In this document: positions 35,241 through 49,122 of the stretch, one piece after another
How positions within the stretch are numbered: the stretch's first letter is position 1
Layout of the letters: each line of letters starts with the position of its first letter
Assembly: GCA_964234715.1 (NCBI GenBank)
Contig: OZ174281.1
Direction: 5' to 3' (one strand)
Origin: Podarcis melisellensis
Taxonomy: Eukaryota
Length of the DNA stretch: 64,000 bases
Program-made: the position numbers and the translations under genes
The notes under the pieces: generated by a model
The model's database searches: none
What the model saw: the letters and a program-made list of their open reading frames with translations, nothing else
Told to the model about the DNA's origin: nothing

Positions 35241-38200
35241 GCTGTCTCCCACCCACTGGACTTGAGAACTCGGAACACACAATACCTCTGTCTTTTTAGG
35301 GTTCTGCTTCACTTTATGGCTATGATATACTCACACTGTCAGAAGATGTATGCCTCTGAATGTCAGCTGCTACAGATCACTAGTAGAAGAGTGCTATGGA
35401 ACTTGTGTTCTGTTGTGGGCATTCTCTGGTTGGCCCCTGTGACAGTGTAATGCTGCACAGATTGGCCTTTTGTCTCATCCGGCGGGCTCTTTGTAGGTTC
35501 TTACAATAAAGAGGAGGGACCACGTGTGTTGCCCTGAGCTCCTTGGATGAAGGGCGTTTGATTTTGCAGGTAGCTTTTCTAGCCTGGTTCGTTGCCTGCA
35601 GAAATGTGGAATTTGGATGAAGAAGCCATTTGCTTTGATTTGTCAGGATGTGCAGTGCTTATTTCATCTCTGCTGCCAGTCTTTTCCCCATTGATTGTGA
35701 TTGAAGCAACTGTTATGTTTAAGTACGACCAACAACAATCCTAAACCGTTCCATTAAAAGGGGGGGGGGAAGTCCAAAGGCTAATATAAAGTACAAATCC
35801 TAGTATATATTATAGTTCATCTTATTTTAAATATGTACAGTTTTGTGTTTCTGGATAAGTTTCAGCTCCATTAAAATGAAGCAGGTATGCTGCATAATAT
35901 ATAGACAAAAAAAGGTTGCTCGCAGAGCAATTGTGCAGAGAAGGAACACTGCAATCCTGAGTTTGTCTTGTCAGAAATAAAGCCCACTGTGTTTAATGGG
36001 GTATAGGATTGCAACTTAAATCCAATTGATTTCAATGGAGCTGAGTCACTTATGACTTGGGTATAGTGCAGCCACGTGGTGCCTGGTGGACTACATAGCA
36101 GCAATATATTTAGGGAACTGATGACTTATTGTGATAAATCTGCTTCAAACTGGGGTCCCAGTGTAACAAGAAATCTCTCCAACTATGCTGTGTTCTGGCA
36201 TATTTCCCTGGGTAGAACACACCCGAGCTCCTTTTTCAATTGTATGCAGGCTATAATTCATTGGCTATCATTTTACTTCAGGAGAGAGTGCCAGCCATTT
36301 TCCTAGCTGATGGAAACTTTGAATACAGCTGACCTGGAAAGCTTGAGCAAAAGAATTTTGTCTCAGTATTAGAAAATAAGCATAAAGAGTGGGGGGGGGG
36401 AGGTATTTAAATTCTGAAAGGGAAGTGACATGCTGTTGCCCACACTTGTCTGTACTTGAGTTAGCAGTAAGAAAGGACCAGGACCTCTCTGCCAGTTCTC
36501 AACAAGATGAGCAGGATGACATGAAAGTGGGCAGCCCTTCAAATATCCTGAGCACTTTACATACACACTAGGGCTAAGGAGTCAGGCTTTTTGCAGTACT
36601 GCTACAAATCTTGTTAATAATATACCTGTAGGAAAATATGCAGTTATTAGAAATTTTATGTTTAAACCTTGCTATTTTCAGCATTCTTTGGATCTTGTTT
36701 GATAGCGGGATCCAAAATGTTGTGTCTTGGGCCCTTTGTGTCTTGTCTATATGTTCTAGGTTCCCTGTCACATTCAGACTAGTGGAAGTTAATATTTTAT
36801 TTGGAAATATGTTCATTCTTCCTAAAATGAATATTTAATGTACTTTTTATTATGCAATAAATGAAAGGTGTAAGCCATAATGGCATTTCTAACTGATGAG
36901 ATTTATGCTAAAAGGTGACATAGTTTGGAGTGAAACTTAACCACTGGTCTAAATTAATTTTATGAAACAATGGTGAAGGCACTGGAACGGAATGGCAGCA
37001 ATCGATAAATCTTTGTACAGTGAATGTGTTATTTTGGCTGGCTATGGCCCCTGAGCTTTCTTTCAACAGATGCTTCCCCATTTTGGTTTCTTTAAGCATC
37101 CACTTCTTCTGCAGAGTGAGTGTATAACAGACTAATAGTGTGTGTGTTTGCGGTGGCAACAATGGGGAAGCTTAGCGGAGGCAGAAGACTGGGAAGAATG
37201 GCAAATTTACATCTTTTCAGTGACTTTGTGTCTGCAGCTTAATACAATACATTATAGCACATTGAGGCTGCAGTCCTAAGCCCACTTACTTGAGAGAGAG
37301 CCACACTCAACTCAATAGCATTTACTTCTGCATAGACAGGATTGCAGTGTCAGATGCTTAACACTGATGGTAAAGGGAAATGTGACCAGCTCAGTATCAC
37401 ATGGCATGGAGCGTTTGGGGAATCACAGAAGGTGCTGCCACTATTGTGTCCAATAGAAGGCAAAAGGTGGGGGCAGTGGTGGATTTTGGTGTTGCACAAA
37501 GCACCACTGAAATTGTATATGCCAAGGTCCACCATTGCTGGTAGCGGCTGGTGGAGGAAAAGATCAGAGACATGCAACTTCAGCCTCCTATAGTTTATAA
37601 ATGGCAAAAGCTGGAAAGCTGGTTTTTTGTTTTGTTTTTAATTGCTCTACCTACAGCTTCTGAACTGACACACTGTAAATCAGTAAGCAGAAGAAGCTCC
37701 TTACCTGTGTGCACAGGGAGCTTGAAGTTTCAGCAGCAATATGCTTAAAGATCTGCACAACCAGATCTCAACAAGTGCTCTGTACAGATATCAACCCAGT
37801 GGTAACAGCTTTTTTCTTCTTTACCTATTGCTTCTACATAATCATCACCTGGGAGATAGGATGGCCATTTAAATGTATGTGGTGTTGCAATGTGAGAAGG
37901 AAGGGAAAATTGGGGGCCTAGCCTTGGTTTAAAAACTATGATGTTGGTGACACTTATGGCACTATTGCTACCCATACAAAAACACGTAGATGTCTGGCTT
38001 AGGTCTGAGTGCTTTCTTGAGTTGCAGGGGTGTGTTAGATTAATCTGTTTAAACACAGGTCTTGGCAAAGCGTGGAAACTTCTTAAAATGCGGGGCAAAG
38101 TCATTCAGTGATTAGCTCCTATGGAGATGTTTTAGTGTAGCTGCTGCTTTTATTTCTTAAAGCATATTAACCAGAAACTGCACAATCATTTTGTTCTGTG

Positions 38201-40409
38201 GTGCACTTAAAATGCCGGCTGACTTAAATTAAGACATTGTGGAGTTTCTGTAATTCTAGCCTTATTGAATAGGTATTCCTAAGAGACCTGGCTTATGGGA
38301 AAAAAACTATTTTTATCCATCAATATATGCATGATCTTGGCGACTGCTGTGACCACACATAGCCACTACTATATATATATTTATATTTATATATATATAT
38401 AAATGCAATGAATTGCTTAAATAATAATTAAGATATTAAAAATTTATATCATGACAAAGCTTAACAAGATCTTTCAGTGTGATGAGCAGTGCTTAATATT
38501 AGTTAATAGATAAGTAACAGTAAACTTTGCCTGATATTCAGTGACTAACACTGGATACCCCCCATAGTCATGCTAAGAGTAGACCCATAGAAAGAAATAG
38601 GCTTAAGTAACTGGAATCCATTGATTTTAATGGTATACTCTGAATATAACATGAAAAATCATCCTGTGTTTGTATTAAAAGTAGAAAAGGAACAAGGTGA
38701 GATTCACTAGTAGAACTTTGTTTTTTTAAGCATGGATATGAATAGAAAAGTTTCAACAGGTGTTACCAGAGGATGGTAGGAACAGAAGGTGGGGAATAGA
38801 TGGGTCCATGTTTCCTGTGCTTTCATATATTCATGAATGGGAATAATGTCTCCCTCCAAAGATGGGAGGATATTTGGGCTGGGTGTCCAGAACATTGACC
38901 CCAAATATTGAAAAAATCCCTGCCTTTTGTTGTACCTGGAAATGTATAGAAGAGGTTGCACAAACGCATGAAATTGGAGAATGATACAGAATGCACGAGT
39001 CCTAAACTGTGAGCACACACCTGCATGCAGAAAACTGTAATACATGTGAGTAATACATCTAATTCATGCTTTTATCATACAGTTTAACTCCCAGTGTCCC
39101 TTTTCTTGAGCATTGGCAATGATTTGTGCTCATGATGGTACTGGGGTGGTCATAAGTGATCCAACTTGCGATGCTATTTGTGCAAAGGTTTTGAAGCGGC
39201 CATACTGCCTCTTTTCCAATCACTCCATATCCCGTAACTTCCTGACAAAATCATGTGACCTTTCATGTTCTGGGGTTTTTGTTTTTTTTTTTGTCTTGCT
39301 TCAGTGGTGCTGCATCCCCTCCAAGCAGCAATAATGTGGTAGCATTGCAGAACAAGTCATAATGCGAAAGAAAGCCATCACAAATGCACTATAACTGTTC
39401 AATGACATGCTGCAGAATATGCCTGAATAAAACACCAATCTGGAGGGACGCTCAACTGCACATACTAAACAGAACCCTCTTATTCCAGTCCTTTGCCAAT
39501 TTTGTCAGTTTTCCTTCACCAGCCTTCCTATACTTCCCCCTGCCACACACACTCAGTCGCTGAAATGCTAGCAATAACACAAGAAATTATAGCTGCCTGG
39601 CGAGGATTGTCCTCAAGATCACCAGTTGCACATTACTCAAGTGTATACTGGCTGACTCCTTGCCATTCTCAGGGGTAATAAAGCAACCCAAATTAAAAGC
39701 TCTACTCCATTAAATTCTGTCTTCAGATTTGCTGACATACCCTTGGATTTAGCTTTAATTGGAAACAAAATGGAATATGTTTTGTGACCTACTGTGCTGA
39801 TTTACATGAGACTATTCAATTCAATACTGGAAACGTGCAATTTTTTAAAAAAGAAAATCCATTAACAGCTGGTTCTCTGACCCCACATCTCGACTCTTGG
39901 CAATGGAAAATGCAACTCTCAAAATTACAGTATTTGGAGAAGTCTATTATGCATTTTGTGTACCTACCAGACTCCTATTAAATTCAAAGCCATTAAATCT
40001 GCCTCCTGGAGTGGTAGGAGGGGAATGAAGCCTCCAGCCACATAAATAGTTCCAGGTTTAGCAGCTTAGAAGGGGTTTCTCTGCTCTAGTTATGTAATTA
40101 TCCTATGACTCATTCTAGGTGGCACAATTTAGAATACTAAGACAAGGCAGTGATTCCCCCAAAGCCTAAGACATCCATCTCACCTTAGAAGTTACCTTTA
40201 AAATTCTCTGGCATGCCATGCAGCTTTGCCTTAAGCACGCTAAGCTATCAAATCTCTCATTTCTTGGAAACTTTGCAATCTCCTTGCTAGTAGGTGGCAA
40301 GAGGCAGGATATATTTCCTACATCAAAAGTTCCATATCTCTGTGTCCCTTGCCCTGTCGTTTGGAATCTCAAGAAGTTTTCATTTTCATCTCTTATGTGC
40401 TGAAAAACC

Positions 40410-40411
<2 letters not shown>

Positions 40412-40472
<61 letters not shown>
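40412..40472. repeat. (CT)n microsatellite
   Basis: About 30 perfect CT units. Confidence 0.98.
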
Positions 40473-40478
<6 letters not shown>

Positions 40479-40539
40479 GGTAGCTGTGCTGGCCCCATAT
40501 GCAAAATAAAAATATTTTAAAAACCCACATACATCTATC

Positions 40540-40716
40540 CAGTGCTTTTCTTCTGGGGCTACGCAGGGGGTACATATACCCCTAAGCATTTTGTGAATTT
40601 TTGTACTATTGTTCATTTACTGTATTTATTTTTTCCTGATTTGAACTATAAAATGGTGATTTTCTTGAGTCAAAATGAGAGAACCCTTAAACTTTTTTTT
40701 AAAGAAAAAAGCACTG
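40540..40716. mobile_element. hAT MITE (CAGTGCTTTT family)
   Basis: TIR cagtgctttt / aaaagcactg; TSD catctatc / catcaatc; related copies at 54821 and 57219. Confidence 0.85.
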
Positions 40717-41474
40717 CATCAATCCCTTTATTATGCCAACCAAGATGTCACAAAGATAGTGTACAAGAGCTTAGACTAAAATTGTCTGGAGCAATACAGC
40801 ACATACAGCATGTTTAGCTACATAGCAAGTCTTGTGGTCTCACTAATTTATTTGATTTGCTGGTTTTACTAATATTTCGTAATATTTTGTGCTGTATGTA
40901 TGTATTGTAATTATACAAAATATAGCTTGAGGACTGAGAAGAAAGTGAATTTGACAGAACATCCCTTCCTTGATGCGGACATTAGAGAAATATTTGAAAG
41001 TAAGTATCATGCTAAATTGCATATTTTTCTTTCTCCGCTGTGAGCTTTCTAGTGTCATCCTATGATTTTCATCACAGAGACTGTTTCCTGAAGTCTTATA
41101 TATTGCATCCATTTACAGTATAACACAGAGCAATTCATGCCTGTCAAATACATATATTCTGGTGCTAATCATTCCATATTGGTTTTGCCTTTAAGCAGCT
41201 GTTTTGCCTACTTGGGTCTGTAAACTGTTCCTTGTTCTTATCACTCAGTTCTCAGCATCCCCAAATGCTTGTGACACTTGGACAACCTGTGTTCAACCAG
41301 AAATAATGTGAACCAATATGGCCCTATTGTCCTCATGCCCCCCCCTTTTTTAGCTTAGACCTTTCTCAGGATGTGTTACAGTGCTACAATCAAGTGGAAT
41401 TATTATTTACCTCTTATTCATGGTTTTGGAATTTTGTGTTAGCATCTGTCCATTTCTCAATCTCTTCTACAAAG

Positions 41475-42561
41475 CAGATTTCAGACCCAGAAAAAAAAGG
41501 ACAATATTCTGGAGGAGGAACCCGTTTTGGAAGAAACAGTGTTGGTGTTGTAGACTAAAGATGATGGCTCAACTGCAGCTGTTACTGTCTGAAGAAAATT
41601 ATGGGAATGGGAAGTCTCCAAAGCTTCCAGGTGAAGGTCAATAGGCAAGGGTGGGAATATACAATAGGCCAAAGCAAGGCCTACTTTCGATGTAGCAGTG
41701 CAAACTCAGACTGAGGAAAAGAAGATGCCATCTGTAATGGTTCATGTCAACAAAAACAACAGGGGAAAGAGATAAAGCACAGTATGTGACAGTGACTTCG
41801 GAATGGAAGAGGAGCGGTTCCCAAGATGACCGTACAGGTACAACAACGACAAAATATGCCATCAGTAACAGTCAAGGTGCAACAAGAGTGGAACAAAATT
41901 GGAGAGGTATCATGTGTGTCTGTAAAATTTCAACCCACGTGTACAGCGGAATGGTCATGAAGGAGAAATTCTTTGTGAGGGAGGATGCCCATTGGCAACG
42001 CAATAAGAGGTACAAGGATGCACCTCATGAAAAACAAGACCAGCAGCAAACCCAGTGTAAGAATGGGAAAATAATGGAAGAGGAGCAGGAGCAACAAGAT
42101 CGGGAAGAGACAAATCTGTTGGATTCAAAGTCTCTATGGAAGAACATGAATCAATCACTGGGGAATGAGAACTTGCAACAGCAACTTAAGTGGAACCAGA
42201 GCAGCACAGAGCAGCTAAAGGCCAAAGACCTGCTACAAAGAGAGCAAAAAGAAAGATTAGAGGTGATGGTGATGGAGAAGAAATTGCATGATGACAGCCA
42301 ACATGCAGAACTAACAAATATGCTAAAACTTCAATCTTGTAGTATGAGAGAGGAAGACACACAAGACCCAACCACAGAGAAGCAGCAGGAACATGAAAAT
42401 GAAGATGACATTTTCTCTCATCGGCAGCAACATGGTTCAGATGAAGGAACCCAAAAGACGAAGGTAGAAGAGAAGGAACAGGAACACAAAGAAAAAAATG
42501 TATCTAAGAAACACAGAAGGGATATGCCTATTTTGTTGCAACTCCAATAGCAAATGACCAG
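41475..42561 (+). pseudogene. Large Q/E/K-rich pseudo-exon (contains the 268-aa track ORF 41744-42550)
   Basis: Purine-rich coding-like composition with frames shifting between stop-containing segments; ends CAG|gtaagg at 42561. The 5' boundary is approximate. Confidence 0.65.
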
Positions 42562-43477
42562 GTAAGGCAAATTTGGCTTAATAATTGGAATGCTGTGATG
42601 TGGATTAAAAATCATTAAGCCGTTCCTAATTAGTACTTAATTTGCTGTAACTACGGGCTCATCCACACTTCCTTTTATGCCACATTTCTGGGCACAGGTC
42701 CAAGTAGTGGTTGTTGTTGTTTTTCGTCCAGCGCTTTCCCTGGGAAACCCATGTTTTGCTGCTGAATCAGAGCAAACGGCAATTGCAGACAAATAAAAAA
42801 TAAATAAAAATGCTCTTACAAAGATCTGGAAAACCCAAATGTTAGGGGGCTGCATCAGCTGCATGACTAAGTTCACTGTTGTGAATTCAGTCATGCAGCC
42901 AAGACCTGCAGGATGCAGCTTTGCCAGCCCTAGACTCAGGATAAGCCCTGAGCGCAGGGTTGGCAGAGCTCCTTGCAATGCTGTCAGGTGATGTCAGCCT
43001 ATCAAAGTTGGCACACACAGAAGCGTAGGAAAGGATGTGTGGTGTGTGTGGTCCGCCCCGGGTGTCATGACTGAGGGGGGTGACAAAATGGCAGGCGAAT
43101 GGGCAGCACACCTGGCACCTGGTGGCAGCGGCTCTTCTGACCCAGCAGCAGAGAGCAGCCCACCTCAGCCGTGGCAAAGCACACCTGGCTGCAGCCGCTC
43201 CATTGCCGGGTCATGTCTGACCCGGCTGCGAAGAGCAGAAGGACAGTGAGCAGCAGCTTCCCCACCCCTCTCCTACCCTGAACTGTGGCACATGGGAGGG
43301 CACCCTTTGCCCCCCACCCCACTCGAGAGCACTCCCATGCCCCCCCTCAGGAGCGCGTCCGCCCTGGGAAGCACAGACATATGTTTCTCCTCTGGGCACA
43401 CAGGGATGGAAACAGATGAGGACATGGCTTGCCAGACCAATAAAGTTTCCCACCACTGGATTAATCCATCAATTTAA

Positions 43478-43800
43478 GCAGGGCTGGGAAGCCTCAGGCC
43501 TAGGGGTGGTCTGTATGTGCCCCCCCAGGCTACTTTCTCTGACTGTTGGGATGTTCCCCCTGCCACCTGCGCCTTGCTTCACATGCTCCTTGAGTGTTTT
43601 TGTCTGAACTCTGATAATGCCTCTTGCTTGCCTGAATTAAGGCTAGAGTAAGCTGTGAGTGTGTGTAGACACTAGACTACTGTGCAAGTGTGAAATTCAC
43701 ATTTACTCCACGCACATTGACCTCTGGCCCTGTTGACTACAGATGTATGGACCCCAGAAAGGGATGCATCCATCAGGCTGAAAAAGGGTTTCCCACCCCA
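43478..43800. mobile_element. Old hAT-Charlie-like non-autonomous element
   Basis: cagggctgggaagcct ... gggtttcccacccca degenerate termini. Confidence 0.4.
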
Positions 43801-45457
43801 GAATTCAAGCCTGCAGCACTAATAATAAAAAAAGGTTATGGAATATAAGCACACAATTGTACACCAGGCCACTTGAATGCCCTTGAACAGCATGTCTATA
43901 TGTTTAACTTTTTTTTGTTGAAGTATAGAAAATATTATAGTCAGGTTTTGGTGCCCCAGAAACATAAGAGCATTTTCAAGTGAACAAAACTGAACCACAC
44001 CAATTAGAATTGCAGCATAACTTCTTTTCAGAGCATGTTTAAGCTTCTGGCCATTGGGACTTCCCTCTCCTGGTTAAATTCATTCATCTTAATCCTAAGA
44101 ATGCTACTGAAGGTTCTTTCAAAAAGCATAATATTTTTTCCTGCAGCTTTTCAGCTACACAGATGAAACAGACTTGGAAAATGCTGAGAACGGGCCGTGC
44201 AGCTCAGCAAAAACAATGTCTTTAAAAGTGGCAAATTTAGTCATCTGAACGGATTTATTTGCCATCACAGTTTCCCACTTGGGAAAACGCATCGGTTTCT
44301 TCATGTAATCAGAAAGTAGCACACACGTAGCCCACAATTAATTATGGAAATGCTATTCCATTTTCCAGTCTGTTAACAATTGGCAGCTGCATAAGACCAC
44401 ACCAATACTTAGTTCTCTTAGTTTTGTGCCCTCAGTGAAGCTGAGGTTCAGAAATAGCACAATCAGTCTCTGCTTCCTCAGAATATACTCTATATATTTA
44501 AAATTTAAGGAAAGATCTTATTGAAATTCTGGGATGCAGGCAAAGTTGAAGATGCATTCTGCATTCTGTCAAGTAGATACAACTCAACTGGAAGTCTGAA
44601 GTTGCACATAAGAATTATGTATCAATAATGTGTTTCTTAGGGATGGTAAATCTGGAATCCCTCCCCTCCCAAAGAACTTTATTTTTAGAGCCTAAAAAAG
44701 TTCCTTATCTCAGTCTGTTTTCATGAACCCCAAAATGAGTTCAGTTTGATGTTAAAAATTGCTTTTGGTTTAAGAGAGATAACTTCAAATCACTGCCTAG
44801 CACCTGGAGAATGACTGAACACATCTTGAACAGGGACACTTCCCAAGTGTCTTAAGAAGCTAAATAAATTATCTCTGGGTCTAGGGTTAAAACGTTAACA
44901 AAGTGGGTGCATTATTTTTGATAAACCTCCTTTTTATCATTAGATTTGAGATAAAATTGAAGATGTCCAAGAGTTGATATTCACCAAAGAGCCTGACCTC
45001 TTGAGAGCCCCAATTCCAGATCAAACGGTGCATTTATGATTACTGTAGCTCATCTGAGGACAGAATATGATGTGAGAAGGCAAGGAAACTTAAAACAGGG
45101 AGAGGAAATAACTTAAAATGTTGCTTTGCAATTAAATGAATGGTTTTTATTCTTAACACATTTTGTGTTGGATACCATGGTCAGCGTGGGATCAAATGCC
45201 ACTGTGAGGGTTGGGCTACCCCTGTCCGTTTCCCAGCTTGGGTCAGCCAAGGTAGTAAGTTTATCCAGCGAACTAGGTTCATCTGTGTAAGATTTTCTGC
45301 TTGCACAGTGGAACCCTCCCTCTCCCTGTGCACACACCTCCCCTTCCCCAAATCTACTACAGAATAGATTTAGGGGGTGCCGGGGAGAAGGAAAGGAAGA
45401 GAATTTCTGCTGTATGAGTGGAAATCCTTCCACTGACTGAATGTGTGAACTGTCCAT

Positions 45458-45592
45458 GGAATCATAGAACTGTAGAGTTGGAAGGACCCCAAGGGTCTTC
45501 TTTTTGAACCCCCTGCAATGCAGGAATCTTTTGCCCAATGTGGGTCTCAAACCCACAATCCTGAGATCAAGAGTCTCGTGCTCTACCGACTG
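45458..45592 (-). mobile_element. tRNA-Lys(CTT)-derived SINE with CR1-type tail (POM-like)
   Basis: Reverse complement cagtcggtagagcacgagactcttgatctcagg...cccacattgggc resembles tRNA-Lys, followed by the ccttccaactctacagttctatgattc tail. Confidence 0.8.
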
Positions 45593-46286
45593 GCGTTGGT
45601 GAAATAACTTTTATTGTGAGTTACTAGAAGACTATTATAAAATTGAAATTTTCATAACTGTATCATAACATTCATAGTATTCAGGACATGATAGCTAGTG
45701 GTCTTATCCTGTTTTGAATAATAGACCTGGCAGTACAGAGGCAATGTGAGGCAAGGTTCCAATGTTTACCTTGGACAGCTCTGTGCAAGGTGTAGGCAAT
45801 GGAAGCTCCATGTGAGCTGAGCTCAGCTGCTGCTTCTGCAGCTCAGTTCATCCTCAAGATGAGTGTGAAATAGGAGACTGTGGCTCCACTAGGGCTTCTG
45901 GGCTGAAGTGCTGTGAGGTGGAGGAAGGCAACCCAATGTCCTTGGTTCAGAGGGGTCCTGGTATAGCAGACTCTTATCACACAAGTGTTTTTGATAGTTT
46001 ATGCCTGAGGGCAATCCTACCCATTGGAAATAATCAATATGTCTGTTTTTGTAAATGTTTATATTATAAAAAATAAACTTGCGCTGCTATATGAATAGCA
46101 CTTCATAAAATTAAATGGAGCTCTACAAGGTACAGTACCTTCAGAAATCTCTTAGGGTTTTATGTTGCAGAAGCTATTTTAAACAATGTCTTATTTAATA
46201 TTTATGTTTATCTTTTATATCTCAGGATTTATTTTTAGGAGTATGATTAAAGTAACTGGTTGAGCTTCAGGTTTAGAATGTATTTA

Positions 46287-46477
46287 CAGTAGTACCTCAG
46301 GTTAAGAACTTAATTTGTGCTGGAGGTCCATTCTTAACTTGAAACTGTTCTTAACCTGAGGTACCACTTTAGCTAATGGGGCCTCCCGCTGCCTGAAGCA
46401 AAATTCTTAACCCGAGGTACTATTTCTGGGTTAGCGGAGTCTGTAACCTGAAGCGTCTGTAACCTGAGGTACCACTG
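46287..46477. mobile_element. Tc1/mariner-type MITE (internally deleted)
   Basis: TA|cagtagtacctcaggtta ... gaggtaccactg|TA. Confidence 0.85.
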
Positions 46478-46760
46478 TATGTTTTGGGGGTTTTAGCCTG
46501 ACAGAAAATGAACGACTAAAAACCTAAACCTATTGTGGAGCTTGCAGTGTAACAGATAACGATCAATTAAATTTAATTGAATAATGGATTTGTTCTGGGG
46601 TATAGTAAATAAAGAGTGTGTAATACAATGATGTGGTACAATTACAGTTTAATATTATACAGGAAGAAGTCCAATTTATTTTTCTAAGGCTTTTAAGGGC
46701 CTGCTACCTTCAACACAAGCAGAGCTTGCAACACAGCAAACATTTTACTTGCCTCTTCAG

Positions 46761-47373
46761 TGCTTGATGCTTGGTAACTTATCAGACCTAAGCATACTTA
46801 CTTGAAAGTAAGCAAACTCAAGGACTCTTACTACAATGTCAGCATGGAAGACAACAGAGGACAGTGCAATCTGTGGATGAACCTCCAATATCTGAGGCAG
46901 GCAACTCATAGGCCACCAAACCCAGAGGAGCTTCCCCACCTTCCTTTTGCTGCTCAGCTGCTCAGCCATAAGTTGGAAAGGACAGTATTTCATGTGCAGT
47001 GGGAGGGGGTTTTAACCTCATCCCTGCAGTGCTCCCAATCCTGTAAAGATTGGTGTCCCTGTACTGCTTAGACAACCCCTAGGAGAATAATCTCCTGCAT
47101 TTTGATGAGCAGATGGACACACAGGGATGGTCTTCTCCATTCAAGGGAAGGGGCATAATTTTAATATTTATCTCCTCATTAAAAATGTATCATTAGCCTA
47201 CCAAACAGCTGTTGGTCAGGCAGGCTCCCTCAGTTTTAATGTGGCTGACTCTGGCCACATACTGGCTTGTGGCAAATGTACACCCACCACTGCATGTGAC
47301 CTTCAGGACCAAAAAGGTCTGATCCAGGCTGCTGAGGAGTTCCCTCCACATGTTGCTGCACTGGAAGAAAGAG
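46761..47373 (+). pseudogene. Pseudo-exons 46761-~47126 and 47197-47373
   Basis: cctcttcag|VLDAW*LIRPKHTYLKVSKLKDSYYNVS...LWMNLQYLRQ...; 177-bp exon PTKQLLVRQAPSVLMWLTLATYWLVANVHPPLHVTFRTKKV*SRLLRSSLHMLLHWKKE|gtgaat (reading frame of this exon ambiguous). Confidence 0.55.
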
Positions 47374-48107
47374 GTGAATTATGTCAATTTCCCCTTCCGG
47401 CATCATGTCCTCTGAAAAACTGCTCCACAACATTATGGGATCCTCTGTTGCGGTGGAGGTGGTGTTGGGTATGTGTGCAGAGGAAATGGATGAGAATTGC
47501 TTCCTACCTTCCTCCAGTGGGAACCTCTGCTGGATCCTATTGTGGTCAGGGAAAAGCTTATCTAGATCTATCCCATTTTGTTCTTTTATGCTGACCTTGT
47601 GCTTTTGCAATTAATATTTTGCATCTATGCAAGCAGACGTTCCAAAAAGCCATCCTGACCTTAGTATTTATTTCCAAAGCTGCTTGGCTGGTGATTTCCT
47701 ACTTAGGAGTGTGTTTCTTTCTTTTAAAGGGCTGTTTCTGCTCTGGAGCACAGCAAGGCCAAAGTGCAAGCTTTGTTGCAGGGAAAACTCTTCAGCGTGG
47801 CATTTCATGGGATTGGCCAGTTTAACAACCAAGTGATCTATATTAAAATGTCAGAGGATGAACAGCAAATGCTAAGCAGAATTGTGGGTTAGTATTTAAG
47901 CATTCACAATTTGCATGAGATTACTATTTCAGTGAAACACTGAAATAGCATATCAACGTTGAACACAATTATGGATGTTGATTACTTGAGTGTAAAAAGT
48001 AGATTTCTCCTGCTTCGTTAAATTTCTGTTAACATATATTAAAATAGACCCTGCTTTTCTTGGGCATCCAGGTTTCTCCACTGTTGCCATTGTGTTTCAA
48101 ATTCCCT

Positions 48108-49122
48108 TCAAAAGGCGGAGATTACAAAGCTAGCCATACACAGATTCTTCTTCACAAAGGGCAGCAAATATGTTCCGGCAGCCTTAAGGGTTTTCAATGC
48201 AAAGCTTGTTTCCCAACTCCTGTATGCAGCAAATGTCTGGCATAATGGGGACCTGCCAAGGCTAGATGGCTTTCAGGCAAAATTTCTATGATCTCTGCTG
48301 CAGGTACCCAACTGTGTCCCCAACTCCGTACTTCTGTTAGAAGCTGGTGAATGCCCAATTTCAACTAAAGCGTGGTGGGCTGCCCTAAACCATTGGCTCG
48401 GGATTTCAGTGTTTAATCTAGGGAAGGGTTTGTACCAACACCTGACCAATGAGGAATTTGTCAGCAAATGGCAGAAAATCATGGCTAAAAAAGCCACCTC
48501 TATTGGTCTGTCTCCCCCCCCCCCACTGTATTACCTTGGTTATGAAGGCGCCCAAAAGATTTAAAAGCAAAGATTATGGGATAATGCACACAGTGACTTG
48601 CGATCTCGATCACACGCAGTCTGTAGTCCGCTGGCAGTAGGAGTTCAATATGGGTATGTCTTTAAGTTAACATCTTACATTAAAAACCTGACAGTACCAA
48701 ACTACCGAAGGCTTTTCACCAAAGCCGGACTAAATGTCTTTCCCTCTGCAGTGTTGGATGGCAGGTTGAGAGGAGTTCCCTACCAGGACAGACTTTGCTC
48801 GTGTGCTCAAGACATCGATTCCATAAAACATATTTTGTTGCATTGTGCAAAATATGAGCAGGCCAGGGCTGAATTGATACTACCCTTGCTGGTACCTTTC
48901 CTGGGCAAATCAGAGGCTCACTATGTCAGGTTCCTACTGGAAGACCGGACAAATGCTAGAACGTTAGCAGTGGCAAAGTTTTTATCAGTGGTTGCAAGAA
49001 CAAATGAGCCCTATATTTTAAACAAAATGCTTGTTTAATCTGGAGGTAGGCTGTATGAATTGTGTATTGATTTGTAATGATTTGTTGGGTTTCTGGCCGT
49101 AATAAAGATTGATTGATTATTA
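48108..49122 (+). mobile_element. Non-LTR retrotransposon 3' fragment (RTE-X-like)
   Basis: YRRLFTKAGLNVFPSAVLDGR..VPYQDRLCSC...HILLHCAKY...R C-terminal CCHC-type motif; AATAAA plus (GATT)n tail; 84-bp flanking duplication. Clade assignment tentative. Confidence 0.8.

Noticed and set aside
40166-40616. ORFs with (ER)n or (SL)n runs
   Set aside because: These are translations of the (CT)n microsatellite and the adjacent MITE.
41744-42550. 268-aa ORF as an intact CDS
   Set aside because: It lies within a larger stop- and frameshift-containing exon remnant and shows no independent gene structure.
45530-45592. tRNA-Lys gene on the minus strand
   Set aside because: It is 5'-truncated, diverged and fused to a CR1-like tail, so it is a SINE head and not a tRNA gene.
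47199-47361. Apparent minus-strand exon (ctttcttccag|CSNMWRELLSSLDQTFLVLK...|gtaggc)
   Set aside because: It is the antisense frame of a + strand pseudo-exon (47197-47373) that fits the window-wide + strand chain, and no other minus-strand exons chain with it.
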